A stretch of 64,000 nt of DNA from Spongospora subterranea f. sp. subterranea (Eukaryota): positions 1-64,000 of the forward strand of contig JAUGWO010000135.1 in NCBI GenBank assembly GCA_049724395.1. The letters are read 5' to 3'. Numbering within the stretch: position 1 is the first letter of the stretch; each line of letters opens with the position of its first letter. This document shows positions 27,601 through 40,790 of the stretch, one piece after another. A model generated the notes under the pieces. It did no database searches. It saw only the letters and a program-made list of their open reading frames with translations, and had not been told where the DNA came from. Both the position numbers and the translations under genes were made by a program.

Positions 27601-28071
27601 CTTTAGATCTTTCAAGACATTGCCAATAAGCATAGTCTCCGAATCAGTCAGCAAAGAAGCAGATACAGAAACATCTTTGGACAAAATCGAGTTCTCATTG
27701 ACCTCTTCCTCTCCCGTACTGATTTCTACTTTTTCGGTGAACATTCCTTCTCGAGTTTCATCTTCCTTCTGTCGGTGATGTGACATTATTTGTTCAACCT
27801 TAACTTGGATACTTTCTGTGGCATTCCATGCGCGTTCTCTCTCGTCCGAACCTGGCTCGGCCAACAGTACCTTAGCTAAGGCGTCACGAAGCTCTGCTGA
27901 TTCTTTGGAAAACGCCTGGCGCATCTCATAAGGCACCAAAAGTTGAAACAACATATCACTGGACTCTTTCCAGCCATTGGCCCACGCTTCCTCGGCGACA
28001 GCAGGCCCGCCTTTGGCTAGCGTATCGACCAGCAAGGCCTTGAACCTCTCCGCCTGCGTTCCCGCTCCCAT
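24651..28071 (-). CDS. CARMIL-like PH + LRR protein with C-terminal RhoGAP-fold domain, multi-exon
   Basis: RLLVITELRISCF and CDAIVKTFAAFCD (CARMIL PH/linker-like); many RI-type LRRs (LNISGNPIGNRG, LDVSSN); RhoGAP-like FGVDL...IPAAL...LLKEWLRQMPIPLL. Confidence 0.8.
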
Positions 28072-28813
28072 GACTGGATATTGCTTCTGATGATGGATAA
28101 AGTATCTGTATGAATGAAACCAAAGGGTCGATCAGTGACGAATATTGAGGGAGTGGACTTCTAGAGTGGCGACAGTGACCGGTGACAGTGCATCTGACGT
28201 ATCGTAATTCCCTGGACCACATCACCCCCTTTTACTGTACCAAATACGGGTCGATGATCGGACCAACATCAATGTGGGTGGCGACATGTTCAGGATCGGA
28301 TCGACCTCTACAATAAATATAGTGCGAGAATTGCATCAAAAAGCACCGAACGATTTTCGTGATTGTCAGCATTGAACATTTTGTATTTGCTTGAACTTTT
28401 GCGTAGGAGTGCACTATCGGTGCAGATGTAGCCGATGCATTGTGTCAATTCCGATTGACATCCTAAACAATCAACGCCAAAACCTGGTGCGATCACCGGC
28501 ACTTTTCAAGAGATTATCGAATCGCTATCGCTTATGGGACGCTTTTTACTTGAAGCGGGATTAGATCACTCGTCATGCAAAATTCGATACGGGACCAAAA
28601 TTTGCTGCAAGCGGTTGGCGCCAAAAAAAGACAAGTTGTGGTCGGAGTTTGGAGTTCACGGACTCCGAGCTGACTCGAAGCCGGACTCGGAGAGGGTCCG
28701 AATGGTAACGTGGTGGACTGACTGAGAGTTGACCTGGCTGTCGTCGACAGTCCTGATCTTCCCGACTGGGACATTTATTGCACTCCCCCATTCAGGTCAT
28801 CTGACCTTTTGAG

Positions 28814-30206
28814 ATGGGAGCTATTCGCGGATCAAGATGCAACACGACGATCGCATTAACGAATATGGTATTTTACCAGTATGACCGTCGATTTCAGTCT
28901 GTTTATGTCGTTTCGTTGGGAATCAGGTGATGTTTGTTGTCGCATTCCAATTTTCTGGTCTTACGTCCCTACTTCCTCCCCTTGTTAAACGTGTTCTATC
29001 GTCATCGTATGGAGAAGAATATATGAAGGATCATTCTGGTAAATATATCGCTGGGTTATCGGCTGCGGCGAGTTTTTTCGGTGCAATATCAAATCCATTC
29101 TGGGGACGCGTTTCCGATAATTATGGACGACGACCTGTTTTGTTGATATCTTTACTCGCTTCATCAGTATGCATGGCGATATTCTCAGTTGCTTCGATAT
29201 TTTCGGTTCTTCTAGCTGCTCGAATCGGGAACGGGTTGTTTGATGCCTCTATGTTCATATCGAAAGTAATCACCGGGGATGTCAGCAATTCTGCAAATAG
29301 CAGCAGAAATTATGCGACTCTTTACATGTTTTTCGCCATCTCTGAAACCGTATGCCCGTTCGCCGTGTCCTTCTTTCAGGAAATTGCCGGCTGGCAAGCG
29401 TTCGGACCTTGCATCATCTCGTCAGCTTTAATATTTATTGTGTTCCTCAACGTATATTATTTCATGGAAGAGCCTTCGGCAAGGGAGATCGTGTCAGAGC
29501 AAACTCGAGGTCTTTCAATCAAAATGATTCTCTCGAGAAGGACGACAGCAATTCCAGTTTTGCTCTATGGCACTTTAGCGATGGTGCTTACTGGCTCCTC
29601 CGTTGTGACCTCGATGATCATTATCGAGCCCTTAGGTGGGCTTGGTTTGCCACTTAGCGCCATCGGTAAGCTATTCGCAATTCAAGGCGCTGCGTATATC
29701 GCTAGTCAAATGTTTATCTGCCCTGCTCTCATTCGTGCATTTGGTGCGTATTACCATTCTTCGGATTCCTGGCGTTTCACTGATAATTTTCATGTTCAGG
29801 AGCGGGAAAGATGTTTCTTTGTTCAGCGTGGTGTTTAGTGATCATTTTTCCATTCGCTATAGTACCTGGATATCTTCCTTACCCTTATCTGATAATGGCA
29901 GTGCACATGGTCTCTAAAAACATAGCGTCGTCGATTGCTTTAACCGCTGCCACCGTTTTGATCAATGATTCATCGTCAGCGGACAATCGTGGATCCGTTG
30001 CCTCGGTTGCTCAATCAACGGCCGGTATCTTACGAACTCTAGGGCTGTTAGTTTTAGGAGAGATATACGACATATGTTTGCGACATGAGCGGCTATGGAT
30101 TCCGTTCGCGCTTCTCGGTTTTTCCATGGCGATGACTGCAACAATGGCACATTTCATTGCTCCGCTGGAAGAAAAAGCACTGGGAGTTCAATGTGAATCG
30201 TCATGA
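28814..30206 (+). CDS. Major facilitator superfamily transporter (DHA1/ZIFL-like), 3 exons
   Basis: MFS motif A WGRVSDNYGRRPVLL, LLAARIGNG, multiple TM helices, NRGSVASVAQS. Confidence 0.92.
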
Positions 30207-30312
30207 CCGTGAATGGCGCCAGTAACGGCTCTTCTCCCAGCCATATTGTACTGCCCATTAATCATAAATATTGTACTGATAAATGCATAGTTGTTTTGTT
30301 TAAAATATAGAA

Positions 30313-31150
30313 TCAAACCGGTGCCGATTCCAGCTCTAAAGCGGGATCCATTATTCGCCGTAATTGGTTAATCCACTGCGCTTCCTTATCAATATATGTG
30401 GCAACCAGTTCGCGGGACTTTTTCTCTTCCTCGATCGATTCGTTGAGCAGCTGTTTGATGGACTCCGATCTCTTTTGCTCCGCGTATAGCTCTTGCTCAA
30501 GTCGCTCGCCTGCCATTGCTTCCGCCTCTAGTCTTTCGATTTCGTTCGCGATGATCTGGAAATCATCAGCCCCCAAGTGCCTCTTCCTCCGAATATATTC
30601 GACCTATCAGTCACATCTTGCTGGTGAAAAAATGTAGTTTTCCTAACGGGACTGATAGGATGGTCACCTTAGATAATGTAAATGTCGTGATCTCAAGCCT
30701 CGACTCCAGCTGATTGCGATCTAGTTCGTCCCGAATGCGGACGATGTCCGATTCGAGCCGTTCATTCCTTTGCCGTACGTCAGATAGTTGTTTCAGCGCC
30801 ATCCACGTTTGCTTAAGCAAGAACGTTTTATCGTCCCTGAGCAATTGACATTGCTCAACAGCTCCCGCCAGCTTGCGTTCTTGCCGACTCGATTCGACAA
30901 GTTTTTCTTCAGATTCCGCTAATCTGCTCTGGCAGTCTTGCAGCTGTTCCTTCAGATTGGCGATGATTTGGTCTTTCTGCGCCCCAGCCTGGTTGGCCAC
31001 ATCGATCATCTCCTTCAACCCGTCTACCGTTTCGCCGAGAAACGTGTTCTCGGCCAGTACGACCTCCAGTCGCGCCGCTCGAGCGCATCTCTCTGCCGAG
31101 CATGCGGCCTGGCCGTTGATGGCCCTCTTTGGAGCGCGAACGGAACCCAT
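30313..31150 (-). CDS. Coiled-coil protein of unknown function (2 exons)
   Basis: Heptad-rich E/K/L/Q ORFs 30611-31222 and 30313-30576, linked by a plausible intron near 30610-30670. Confidence 0.6.
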
Positions 31151-31193
31151 GCGAGCAACAGCGCCGTCGACGAGAAGGTGTTGACCGTTATTT

Positions 31194-32220
31194 TCAGGGA
31201 CGAGCAGCAGCAACAATGGCAAAATATCCCTGTACAGCCGAAAACGACTGATGTGTGAGTTGCATGTATCTCCAACATTCAGGGTCGATCAGGAGCATTA
31301 CTAGTGAATCAATGCTTGGCCTGGCCCAGCATTTTTCACCCACCTGGTATTTACCGTTGATTTCATGGACGAGCTTTTCGTGCCGATTTCTCAAACTTTT
31401 CCCCGGATCGTCTGGAATCTCATGTTTTGCTGCCATACCGTCCAGATTTAAAAAACATCCATCGAGAAGTCGTTTTGATTCGTTCTGGAAATCGTGCACA
31501 ACGAAACAGATGTCGACGTGCTTGATGCAATCTTCCAAGTTGGTGATTTTGTATTTTACTCCGTTTCTAAATGTGCTTCAGGCGAAAAATTAGTTTTCAT
31601 AAGACGTCCTGCGAGGGTCATTCAAGTCGTCACCGATCACTTTTCCGATTGGTGCACCTACTGTGGTTTGAAAAACTGGTTATTAAGGGTATGTATAAGC
31701 TTGAAGTGATGCACGTGAAGGTAAAGATGGAACCTGGTCAGAATCTGTCAAGGCCAGTTTTGGGCGAATCTAGATTTCTTGGAAGCCTGATCGTAAGTTG
31801 CTCCATGAATGTCTGGTACACTTTCGTAATCTAACATTTATCATACTTTTGCAGAGTGCATATTTTTCAAAACAATCAGGAAATGCTTCAAAAAAGTTGA
31901 TGTTCATCTATCAAGAAGTGATCCAGTGCCCACCAAAAATTCGTAATTCCATGGCATTTTTTAATCCATTATCTCAAAAGACAGCAAGCCTCCATATTGA
32001 CAGGCTTCGATATATCCTGCACAATGGCAGTTGTAGTAAATTTCTTCGGTTCTAATCGGTATTCATTACCATGCCCTCAGAATTGGTGGAGATGTGTGCT
32101 AACGCTGCGGGACCCAATTCGTCTGTAAGATTTGCGATGTGAAAAAGGTAATTCGAAGAGCGACAAAGGCCCTCAAATCATTGGTACTATCGGTTATAAA
32201 AAAATGAAATAATGAATCGC
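31194..32220 (-). CDS. Probable multi-exon gene, unidentified
   Basis: Protein-like ORF 31194-31538 plus upstream short exon-like segments with GT/AG signals; no family recognised. Confidence 0.35.
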
Positions 32221-32668
32221 AGCAGCAATATTGATTCAAAAATTGTCCAAGAGCAGACAAACGGACGAGAGTAGGATAAAAAATGAGATATCACGGAATA
32301 ATGAGCTCAAGATTCTGCAACTAGTGTGAATGGCGTTGTGACATTGGCCGACCGAAAGACCTACTGTTGCGATGGTCGAGCACACAATACAATATAGTGA
32401 ACTACACGAGATCGGTTCAACATTGCGAGGGGGTCGGTAACAGAAGGGTTCGGGTGCGATACACAGTGAGACACGAGAGGCTGCCGGCCACTGGAGACGG
32501 TGGCGATCATCGGCACAGGCCAGGAACAGAGACAGGGACCCATTGGACCCGTTAGGAAGGTGGAACGGGGCTGCAGATCAGACTCTGGATTCATGATACC
32601 CACAGTCGGGTAATCTGCCACATTATAATCTAGAATTCACCAGAGTGGTGCATCGTCGCACGACTCCG

Positions 32669-34095
32669 ATGACCTCGACGTTTTCCATCGCCAAACAGAA
32701 GGTGATGCCAGCGCCGGAGCTGGCGAGGTCCTTTCATACTGATCAGGGTGTAGGCGTTGGAATTGTTCGGGCAAGTTGCCATCACAAATGACGCCGTCTA
32801 CTCGTCACTTCGAACGAATATTACGCTGCTGTGCGAGACAGTAAATGGATTAAGAGATCGCGTAAGTGGATTGGTCACACAATATCAAGGTCATTCCGTA
32901 TACGTTTTCCAACATTCAGGTTGCTGAATATGCCTGTAGAAGTGGTTTCACTTTCCTGTGACATGTCGAGGGCTATTCATGGCCTTTATGATGGATCGGG
33001 GCAACAACTTGAGACAGCGTCCAGCGCAAACGCAAGCAATAAAAAGCATTTAAGGGACGAACTTTTACCAGCAATCAAGGCTGCTATTCAAGATAAAGTC
33101 ATCAACGATATCGAAGCATGGGCTACAGAGCTAGATTCCGTACGTTATCTCGTCACCAACTGCATAATCTTATATTTTTTAATATCCAGTTACAATCGAA
33201 AATGAACAGCCGTGAAGAATGCAGAGTTCGCCTCGATCATTTCAAAAGCAAAATAATTAAGGTGAGGGCTTCGAGAGATCAATATCTACAGAGGGGTCGA
33301 ACTTTTCCCCGAAAAGAAGCAGATAAACTTGAGCGAAATGAACGCAAACTAGAAAATGCTCGTCTCGAATTTCAGGTTATTGACTGGACCTCACTCCCAG
33401 GCTTTGGCTAATGCAATGTTATCGTTATCTAGGGAGTTAATGAGACATGCTGTGATTTAATGCAGACCGTTTGGAACAGAAGGTTTAGCAACCTCAACAC
33501 AGTTTTCATTAACCTTATACATGTCAGACATGTTTGAATTATCCCTAAAAGTTCCCAATTCTGACACGCTTTGAAGTGCGAAGAGAATCTTTCGGCATTG
33601 GTGAATGCCTCTGCTCATGCATGTGTTGAACCAATAAGGTCAACTTGGGTGCCTTCTTTAGCAGTTAAAGATCCCGGAAAGGGCAACACAAACCGTAAAT
33701 ATTCTCACCATTGCTCTACGAAACAGATTACTGATGATTTGTTGTCAGGCGTCCTATCAATCGAAAACGGTGAGGCGCAAAAAAAACAGCCTAATGTTTT
33801 TGAACTTTTCGGAGCGACGCCACCAATCATTACAGAACCTACTACACCGACACCTCCTGTAAGGCAACCAGGCAGCAGTGATGTTTGGGACATGTTCCCA
33901 ACTACAGCAGTCAACGCTGGTGCCATGGAGCCATTTGCAAACACAGGACCGGACAATTTCACTTCTGAGGACCCATTCACATCGTTCAAAGCTGAACCCG
34001 TGACAAATAGTCTGACCCTTTCGACGGAATCTCGTCAACAATGTAAATCTAATGGAAACATTCGAGATGAATTGTTTGCAGATTGGCCAATCTAA
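32669..34095 (+). CDS. BAR-domain (amphiphysin-like) protein with disordered endocytic-motif tail, multi-exon
   Basis: MTSTFSIAKQKALELFGQVAITND (N-BAR-like start), RLDHFKSKI...KLERNERKLENARLEF; tail contains DPF, DVW and FADW motifs. Confidence 0.75.
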
Positions 34096-34175
34096 CGATC
34101 CTTTTCAAATGATAAAACCTAATCGAATTTAACATGAGATCATGGGCCATTCTTTTTCGATTTTTAGACTGTAGA

Positions 34176-34879
34176 TCACATCGTCGTAGCCTCCGACGAA
34201 ATCTTGCCTTCAATATTATCCATCACCTCAAAAAACCGGGAGTCGTCCATGTTAGGAGAACAGATGGCACTAATATGAGTTTGCCAGTCTTCAATCTCTA
34301 ATAGCCCCTCTGAACAAGAATCAACGATCATTAAACGATTAATTGCAAACGCCAAATCGTCTGCTGAGGGCGAAACCATATCAGGAATTCCCAACTTAGT
34401 CCTAGAATAGCGTTAATAGAAAGCGATTTCAAGGATGGATTGGTTTAGCCATACACTTCCGATATTTCCACGCGTCCAGTTTTTTTTGTATCAAGCCGTT
34501 TGAACAATGAATCAATGCGTTCCTGACGGTCTTCAGGCAGCTTTTCGAAAGTCTTCATGCTGATTACAATATCCAGCTGCGGAAGCTAAACGAAGATAAA
34601 TGAAAAACACGATAGCACACACGCAACATTATTGAATACTGGATTGCGACCGTTCTGACTGTCTAGCAACGATGTCTTCATAGATTCAATTTGGATGAGG
34701 CCTTGGCTGGCAAGATGCTGAACAGCTTCGGCAATGTTATATAACGCACTGCCAAGTCCGGTAACCAACACCACAGGATGAGCCCTCAATGATTTCCAAA
34801 TACGGCTGGCATGCTTTTTTGGATGAAAGGACGAGCTGACCGTTACGCGAGGGTAGCCAGAGTTAGACACTTTAACCAT
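34176..34879 (-). CDS. Alba-domain protein fused to a C-terminal EF-hand-like region (3 exons)
   Basis: VLVTGLGSALYNIAEAVQHLASQGLIQIESMKTS...QLDIVIS (Alba fold), then IDSLFKRLDTKKTGRVEISE (EF-hand loop) and DSCSEGLLEIEDW. Confidence 0.75.
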
Positions 34880-35045
34880 GTTTGCGAGCAAGGTGAAAAT
34901 GAAGTGCTGCAGTTTCCGATCAAAATTATTGATGGTGCGCAGTCCGCGGTCTCAGTCGTTCCATACTTACATTTTCATGTCGCTCACATGAGCCCACTGC
35001 AGTCACACAACTCGCAAGTCGGAGCTGTAACAGAATTTAATCCGC

Positions 35046-35771
35046 ATGGACGGACACAAGTCAGAGGCGTCACGGAGCATTATTAATGAGACAGACGGTT
35101 GGTTACATCTGGACGGATACGTTAACCATGTCGGCACTGCAGATATCCCTGTGTGTGCGAGAAAATATCAGAAGCGCTTCTACGAGCATCGCTTCGCAAT
35201 CCTTAGCTTGTACAGCTCCAAACTTGATTACCGCTCGCCTTCCCTCCTCCAAAAAAGGGTATATGTGTTCGACAACGTTTCGAAGTGTGAAGATAAGCTT
35301 CCTTCATCCACGATCAAGAGCATCTAAAAGTCAAACTTACAAGAAAGAGCAGGACTGCCAAAGGCGGCTCAAGCAGCACAGGCGTCCGTCGGCACGACAC
35401 TGCCGCCTGAGTTTTTGCTCATGGTTGAATTTGTAGAGGTCCACGAAAATGTCACATTGCAGGAAGCGCTGGAAAGGGCAACCTCATGCAGACTGGTCAG
35501 AAACTCGCGAAGACCGATGGATGCAGGGCATTTAGCAGAGTTCATAACACAACAATTGCAAGACCGCCAGTGTCGTGGACCGATCTCTCTCGCATCTCTC
35601 CAATCTCATATCTTACTTTTCATCCTGAGTTTTCCGAGCGGACGAATACAGATGGTGTGTGAATCGACACAGCGTCGGCCAGTACTCTTGCCCGAATTGA
35701 AACTCGCGCCATTCATCACGCTTTCACTACCCGACACGCCTGACTTTCCACAGGTCGCTTTTATCGTTTGA
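35046..35771 (+). CDS. Probable small multi-exon gene, unidentified; 3' end abuts mariner remnant
   Basis: ATG 35046 lies divergent from the Alba gene; protein-like ORF 35415-35771. Confidence 0.35.
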
Positions 35772-35859
35772 AAAGCGCGTTTGAAACTTTTGAAAACAAT
35801 ACTGAAAAGCGCCGAAATACGCAACTTCGATTGTCGGAGTATCTGGAGATGATCCACCT

Positions 35860-36190
35860 CGATTACCTTTTCAATAAGAAGCCGTGTGTATTGAACCCGA
35901 GTGACTTCGAAGAGTTTTGATACCATCGTGCCTTTGATTCGGTTTTTGAATTACGTTTGGCTGGCCGGCTCTTGTTCAACAAGTGGTCATATACCATTTT
36001 GCCATCAGACATGCATCGTCTGTAAGGATCGTACCTTGGTCTAGCCACAGCAGCCAGAAACATGACTTTCGTAATGAACCTCGTGCTTTTTGTTGTCCGA
36101 TGTGGCAATACCTCTTCTGGCAGCAGGTAATAGTTGGCCTTTACTTTTGTCAAATAGAACCATTTTTCGTCAACAAGGACGTATCAAACA
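35860..36190 (-). mobile_element. Mariner-like (plant/oomycete DD39D-type) transposase fragment A
   Basis: VDEKWFYLTK...TKSTRFITKVMFLAAVARPRYD...DGK; frameshifted. Confidence 0.9.
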
Positions 36191-36194
36191 TTAG

Positions 36195-36870
36195 CTGAAA
36201 AATGGTTCTATATGACAGAAGTAACCACCAGATATCTTCTTGCTGCAGATGAGGAAGAACCCCAAGAGTAAGCGCTATATCACGAAAGTGATGTTTATTT
36301 GCGCCGTCGCTCGTCCTCAATGGGTTACTCCAGAAACCAATGGTTGGACGGAAAGCTGGGTATCTGGCCATTTGTCCAACAGGGGCCTGCAAAGCGTTTC
36401 AGTAGAAACAGACCAGCTGGAGCTATGGAGACAAAGAACACGAACGCGGACAAACGGGAGTATCGAAATGATCACTGAGAAAGTATTTTGCCAACAATCG
36501 AAGCGGAATGGCCCCGATCGAATACCGCTCATCCAATACTCATGCAGCAAGACAATGCAAAGCCTCATATCAATACGCTCGACGCCGAGTTCCTGGCTGC
36601 AGTTCAAGCAACGTCGTAGGATATTTGAATGCTATGCCAACCTCCCGACGACCCAGATACTAACATTCTGGATTTGGGATTTTTCAATGCGATTCAGTCC
36701 TTACAGTATCAGAATGGTACCCGAGGCATTGACGAGCTCATTGCCGCTGCCGACGCTGCATTCAAAGAACTGTCAATGCAAACCCTGAACAAAGTGTTTT
36801 TATCGCAACAACAATGCATGATTGAAGCGATGAAAGTCAAAGGGGGCAGGGAATACAGATTGCATCACAT
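36195..36870 (+). mobile_element. Mariner-like DD39D transposase pseudogene fragment B
   Basis: EKWFY, YITKVMFICAVARP, GKLGIWPFV, QQDNAKPH then 39 residues (with two in-frame stops) to NILDLGFFNAIQSLQ. Confidence 0.93.
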
Positions 36871-37039
36871 TGGAGCTCCAGTCGATCCTGATGGCAATCG
36901 GTATCCGTTTCCCCCGTTTGACTTTTTTGGACAGTGATCCGATGCTGTCCAAAGAAACAGTTGAAATCGTTAATGCTGCCAGAAAATTCAGAACGTTGAT
37001 TGAAATGCAAATGCTTACCGATGTTAAAATATATTCTCA

Positions 37040-37170
37040 GCGTACGACGTTTTTTAAACCGCTGCAACAAACTCGTCGTCGAGCAGATTGATATGAGGCT
37101 TCGCATCATCTTGCTGCATCAATATAGGTGGGCGATATTTGATCGGGCCAATTCGCTTCGATTGGTTGTA
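37040..37170 (-). mobile_element. Mariner-like transposase fragment C (inverted homologue of 36490-36610)
   Basis: Minus strand reads ILMQQDDAKPHINLLDDEFVAAV; clear nucleotide similarity to fragment B. Confidence 0.85.
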
Positions 37171-37868
37171 TTCATATTGGACACTTACAGCTGGACAATC
37201 GGCCAAGGCAAACAAACACTTATTTGTGACAGAGGGAGTAAAAGAATTGGCAGGGATAGAATCGGTTCGGCGGTAGCAGTGAGGTTCAGGCGGTCGGTGA
37301 GAAGTAAAGGAGAGGGAATCGGATGCCAGGTTCGGCGATAGCGGTGAGGTTTAAGCGATTTGTGGAGGTGTGATGTTTTCGGGCAAAAACTGTCAGGGAC
37401 TAGGGAGACAACCCATGTTGATAGAAAACGACGTCGGATCATTCTTCATTCACAGACCATGGCGGAATGGAACATCGAATGTACACAGACTGCCAGAATA
37501 CAGACTTACGGACTGCGGGACACGAATTCGAATCAAAAAACGCGCGACACTGGTAACAGCATTTAGTGTGGTAGAGCCAATAGTGTGGGTTGGTAAAAAG
37601 TATGTGTGGCCCACAGTAATTGCGGTGCAGTGTCTGAAAAACAGAGTCCGAAAATAGTGTGGCCCACTAAATGTTGTAACCAGTGGAGTGTTGATCGCCG
37701 AGAAGTGTACCCTGACGCTGGGGCATTTCGAATGTGCCATGTATGTGTACAACCTAGTGTATGGCGGCCACAGTGGGGTACCTGACTGCGGAGTGGTGTT
37801 GTCTCGTGATCTCAGCCATAGTCAAATACTGAACGACAAGATCAGGTCGAAAACGGACCTCACTCGCG

Positions 37869-38917
37869 ATGTCGCTGCCATCTGGCTGGGAGGCGCGACA
37901 AGATCCCAAAACTAATAGGACATACTATGTCAATCATCAAACCAAAACCTCGACGTGGACCGATCCCAGGCCCTTACCCAATGGCTGGGAGGCTCGCGTT
38001 GATCCCAAAAGCAAACGGCAGTATTTCGTGGATCATCTAAACAGGAAGACGTTTTGGGAAGATCCAAGGCCGAATGCGTTGGTCGACAATCCAAATTTGA
38101 GTCGTCCCCATGGCCCATATACGGCTCAGCTGAGCAATATTCCAGCACAAGAGAATGCTCGTTCATGGACAGGTGCACAACAACCAACTCCAGTATCTCA
38201 ACCACAAGAGAATGTATCGCAACAGGCACCACAGGGCAAAGCGCGTCCATGGACGGGTGCAGAAGAATTGTCCAGTCCTGTCACCCAGCAACAAGGTGAT
38301 GTGTCGCAACATTCTCAACAAGGGAAAGCTCGTCCATGGTCCGGTGAACCAGAGATCGCTCCTACGGAATTAATCTACCCGCAAGGTATATTACAATCAC
38401 ATTTTCTTTGCGATGTTCTTATTATGAATATGTTTTCCTTGCAGGACCGAAACCGTCTGCACCTTCCGCTCCTCCCCTAGAGCATCACGAGACACAAACA
38501 ATGGATGCCAGGGCGATGTACGTGAAAATTGTAAAGATGGCAGTTGAGGAGAATCGTGTTTCACCAGAGCACGATAAAATCCTTCGCGAGATCCGCAAGA
38601 CAAACGGGTTCACTGATGACGATCATGATTCCATGCTGGCATCGGTAGGAATATCGGCTCTGGATTTTGATGAAATGAAGAAGAAACCTCCGATGGGTGT
38701 ATGCTGTGTCTGCCTCGTCAATGCGGCTGAGTTCATCGTGGTAGAATGTATGCACATCTGCCTTTGTGAGGATTGCCGTGATCCAATCGCTAAAACCGGT
38801 ACTTGCCCACAATGTAGAGGTAGTCGATTTACAAGCTTACGTGCTCTGTGTCTGCTTGTATTGAGAATTTCTGTATTAGGGACGATTACCAAAGTGGTGC
38901 GAGCGTATTATAGTTAA
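37869..38917 (+). CDS. Tandem WW-domain protein with C-terminal C3HC4 RING (putative E3 ligase), 3 exons
   Basis: LPSGWE...[22 protein letters not shown]...YFVDH...TFWEDPR; CCVC...[11 protein letters not shown]...CPQCR. Confidence 0.92.
38143..38350 (+). repeat. Three degenerate ~29-aa coding repeats (ARxWT/SG core)
   Basis: NARSWTGAQ / KARPWTGAE / KARPWSGEP, spaced 84-87 bp apart. Confidence 0.8.
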
Positions 38918-40061
38918 TATTACATAATACTACCTGCGTTTCAAAGTAATTGGCCGATATCTTTGGACAGGGACAGAGTTCATGTCAGCTTTCCGACTTC
39001 CCCAATTCTTGCATTCATGACTTAACTATTTATTGAAAAACACGAGGCATGAAATTTCTCATTATAACTTCTTTTATCAAAGAAGATCAACAACTTTTAC
39101 CGCTTTGCATTTTTAATCATTGGCTTTTGCTTTTTCAATCTCACCCAGTGGGCTGGAGATTGAGGACGACAGTTGCCCAATCTATCTCTTTGCGCCTCCA
39201 TACATGAGTGCATCACATTTTTACAGGGCACAGGCATTGTATTTGAAATGCCAGGCTTTAGCACCTGAGAACATTCTTAACACAGGCGTGATCAGCTCAT
39301 TCCGAGTTCCTGGGTGATTGTGTAGTATTGTTTCGCCTGAATCGCGTCAAAGAGCGCCAAGTCGACATGACGGGCGGCAGAATAGTCGGATATCGTATTC
39401 ATATTCACTTGAAATCATGAGTCGCTCAACTTGGTCCGGTCATGTGATCGGTCGATAAACATAGGACAACCCCTCGAAATCTCGATCTGATTGGGTCGAC
39501 AACAATAACCGGCTCTCTCACCCGCAGTGCCCTGTTAATGCCCGAAAACTGCTGCAATGGCTCCTGCTTCTACCGAAGCCTGTCGCTGTACCAGATCCCG
39601 CTAATCTCCAGGGCGAAACCCCATATGCGGGCACTCTTTTTATATTGTCAATAGCGGTTGGACAGGACGGCGAATCTCGTAGCTATGGCACAGTTCCTGT
39701 TTGGCCATTTACCTCGGTTACATCGTCGTCATTCCACAAAGTCTACGCTGATTGACAAATCCTGTTGTTTCAGATGAAGGTTCGGTAAAAGCTCTCTCTC
39801 CATATTTCTCTCTTTAGTCGATCTATTTTCCACTCAACGACTTATCGCCATTCAGGTCAAGTAATCATGGCCGAACTCGCAATGGGCGGCTCTGACGTCA
39901 GCTTAACCAAAACTTGAAAAAAAAAGGAAAAAACCACTATCGATTAGGTGTCTTCAGGTTTCAAAACAATCAACATTTTATGGCAGTTCGTCCGGTCCCT
40001 CTCCAGGGAGTCCCAGATCAGAACGATAATACGATCGCCCCGATACTCCAGACCCCATCTC

Positions 40062-40790
40062 TCAGAATATCACTCCTGCGCGAATCATGTCCCCGGCGAA
40101 CTGTTGGGCCCATTGTCATTCACGTGTCGGTTTTTTCTCAGAACATTGATCGATTGGGGATTACCTTGGTCTCCGGACAGGTGATGTTGGGTTTCCGGAT
40201 CACGATCTCATCGGCGCCCGGTTTGAACCATCCGACGTGCTGCGACGTCAGGATCGGTTTCCGGAACTTCTCTTGTGGCGAATACTTCAGTCGTCGGTTG
40301 CGATAGCCGTCGGTCGTCAGCTCCTTCAAGCTGCGATATTCCACCTGTCATTGTTGACGATCATCGCCCCTTTCTCTGGGATGGTTTGCGATCGTTCTTA
40401 CAGGTGATTCCTCAGCTTTGGCTCTCACCTCGTTCTGCATCGCGATTCCGGTCCTCTCCCAATCATCGGCGTCGAACGTCCCGTCACGCTCCTACACGAT
40501 ATCAGGGGCGTTGCCCACGCGGTTGTCTGAAAATCACCCCGAACCTGAAGATGGTGTAGCGCCAGGTCGATCTCGGACGGCGACGCCTCGAACCCATAGA
40601 GAGCCCTCAAGCAACGGCGAACATGATCGTAGTCGACTGGGAGGCGGTCGGATTTGACGCTGGCGCCATGGCGAACGGCGTCGAACGCGAGGCGGAATCG
40701 ATCCCTGGGCACGTGGCTGATGTTGAGCGATTTGCAGGTGAAGGCTGAGAACGGGCTCTGAGGCCCCAGAGCTGTTAACCCAAAGAACAT
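40062..40790 (-). CDS. TEX49/SPMIP11-like ciliary microtubule inner protein, multi-exon
   Basis: N-terminal MFFGLTALGPQSPF and C-terminal PQEKFRKPILTSQHVGW...CPETK|FAGDM resemble remembered TEX49-family motifs. Confidence 0.6.

Noticed and set aside
28232..28791. Short ORFs between the LRR-RhoGAP and MFS genes
   Set aside because: No recognisable domain; could be a small gene or a divergent promoter, unsupported either way.
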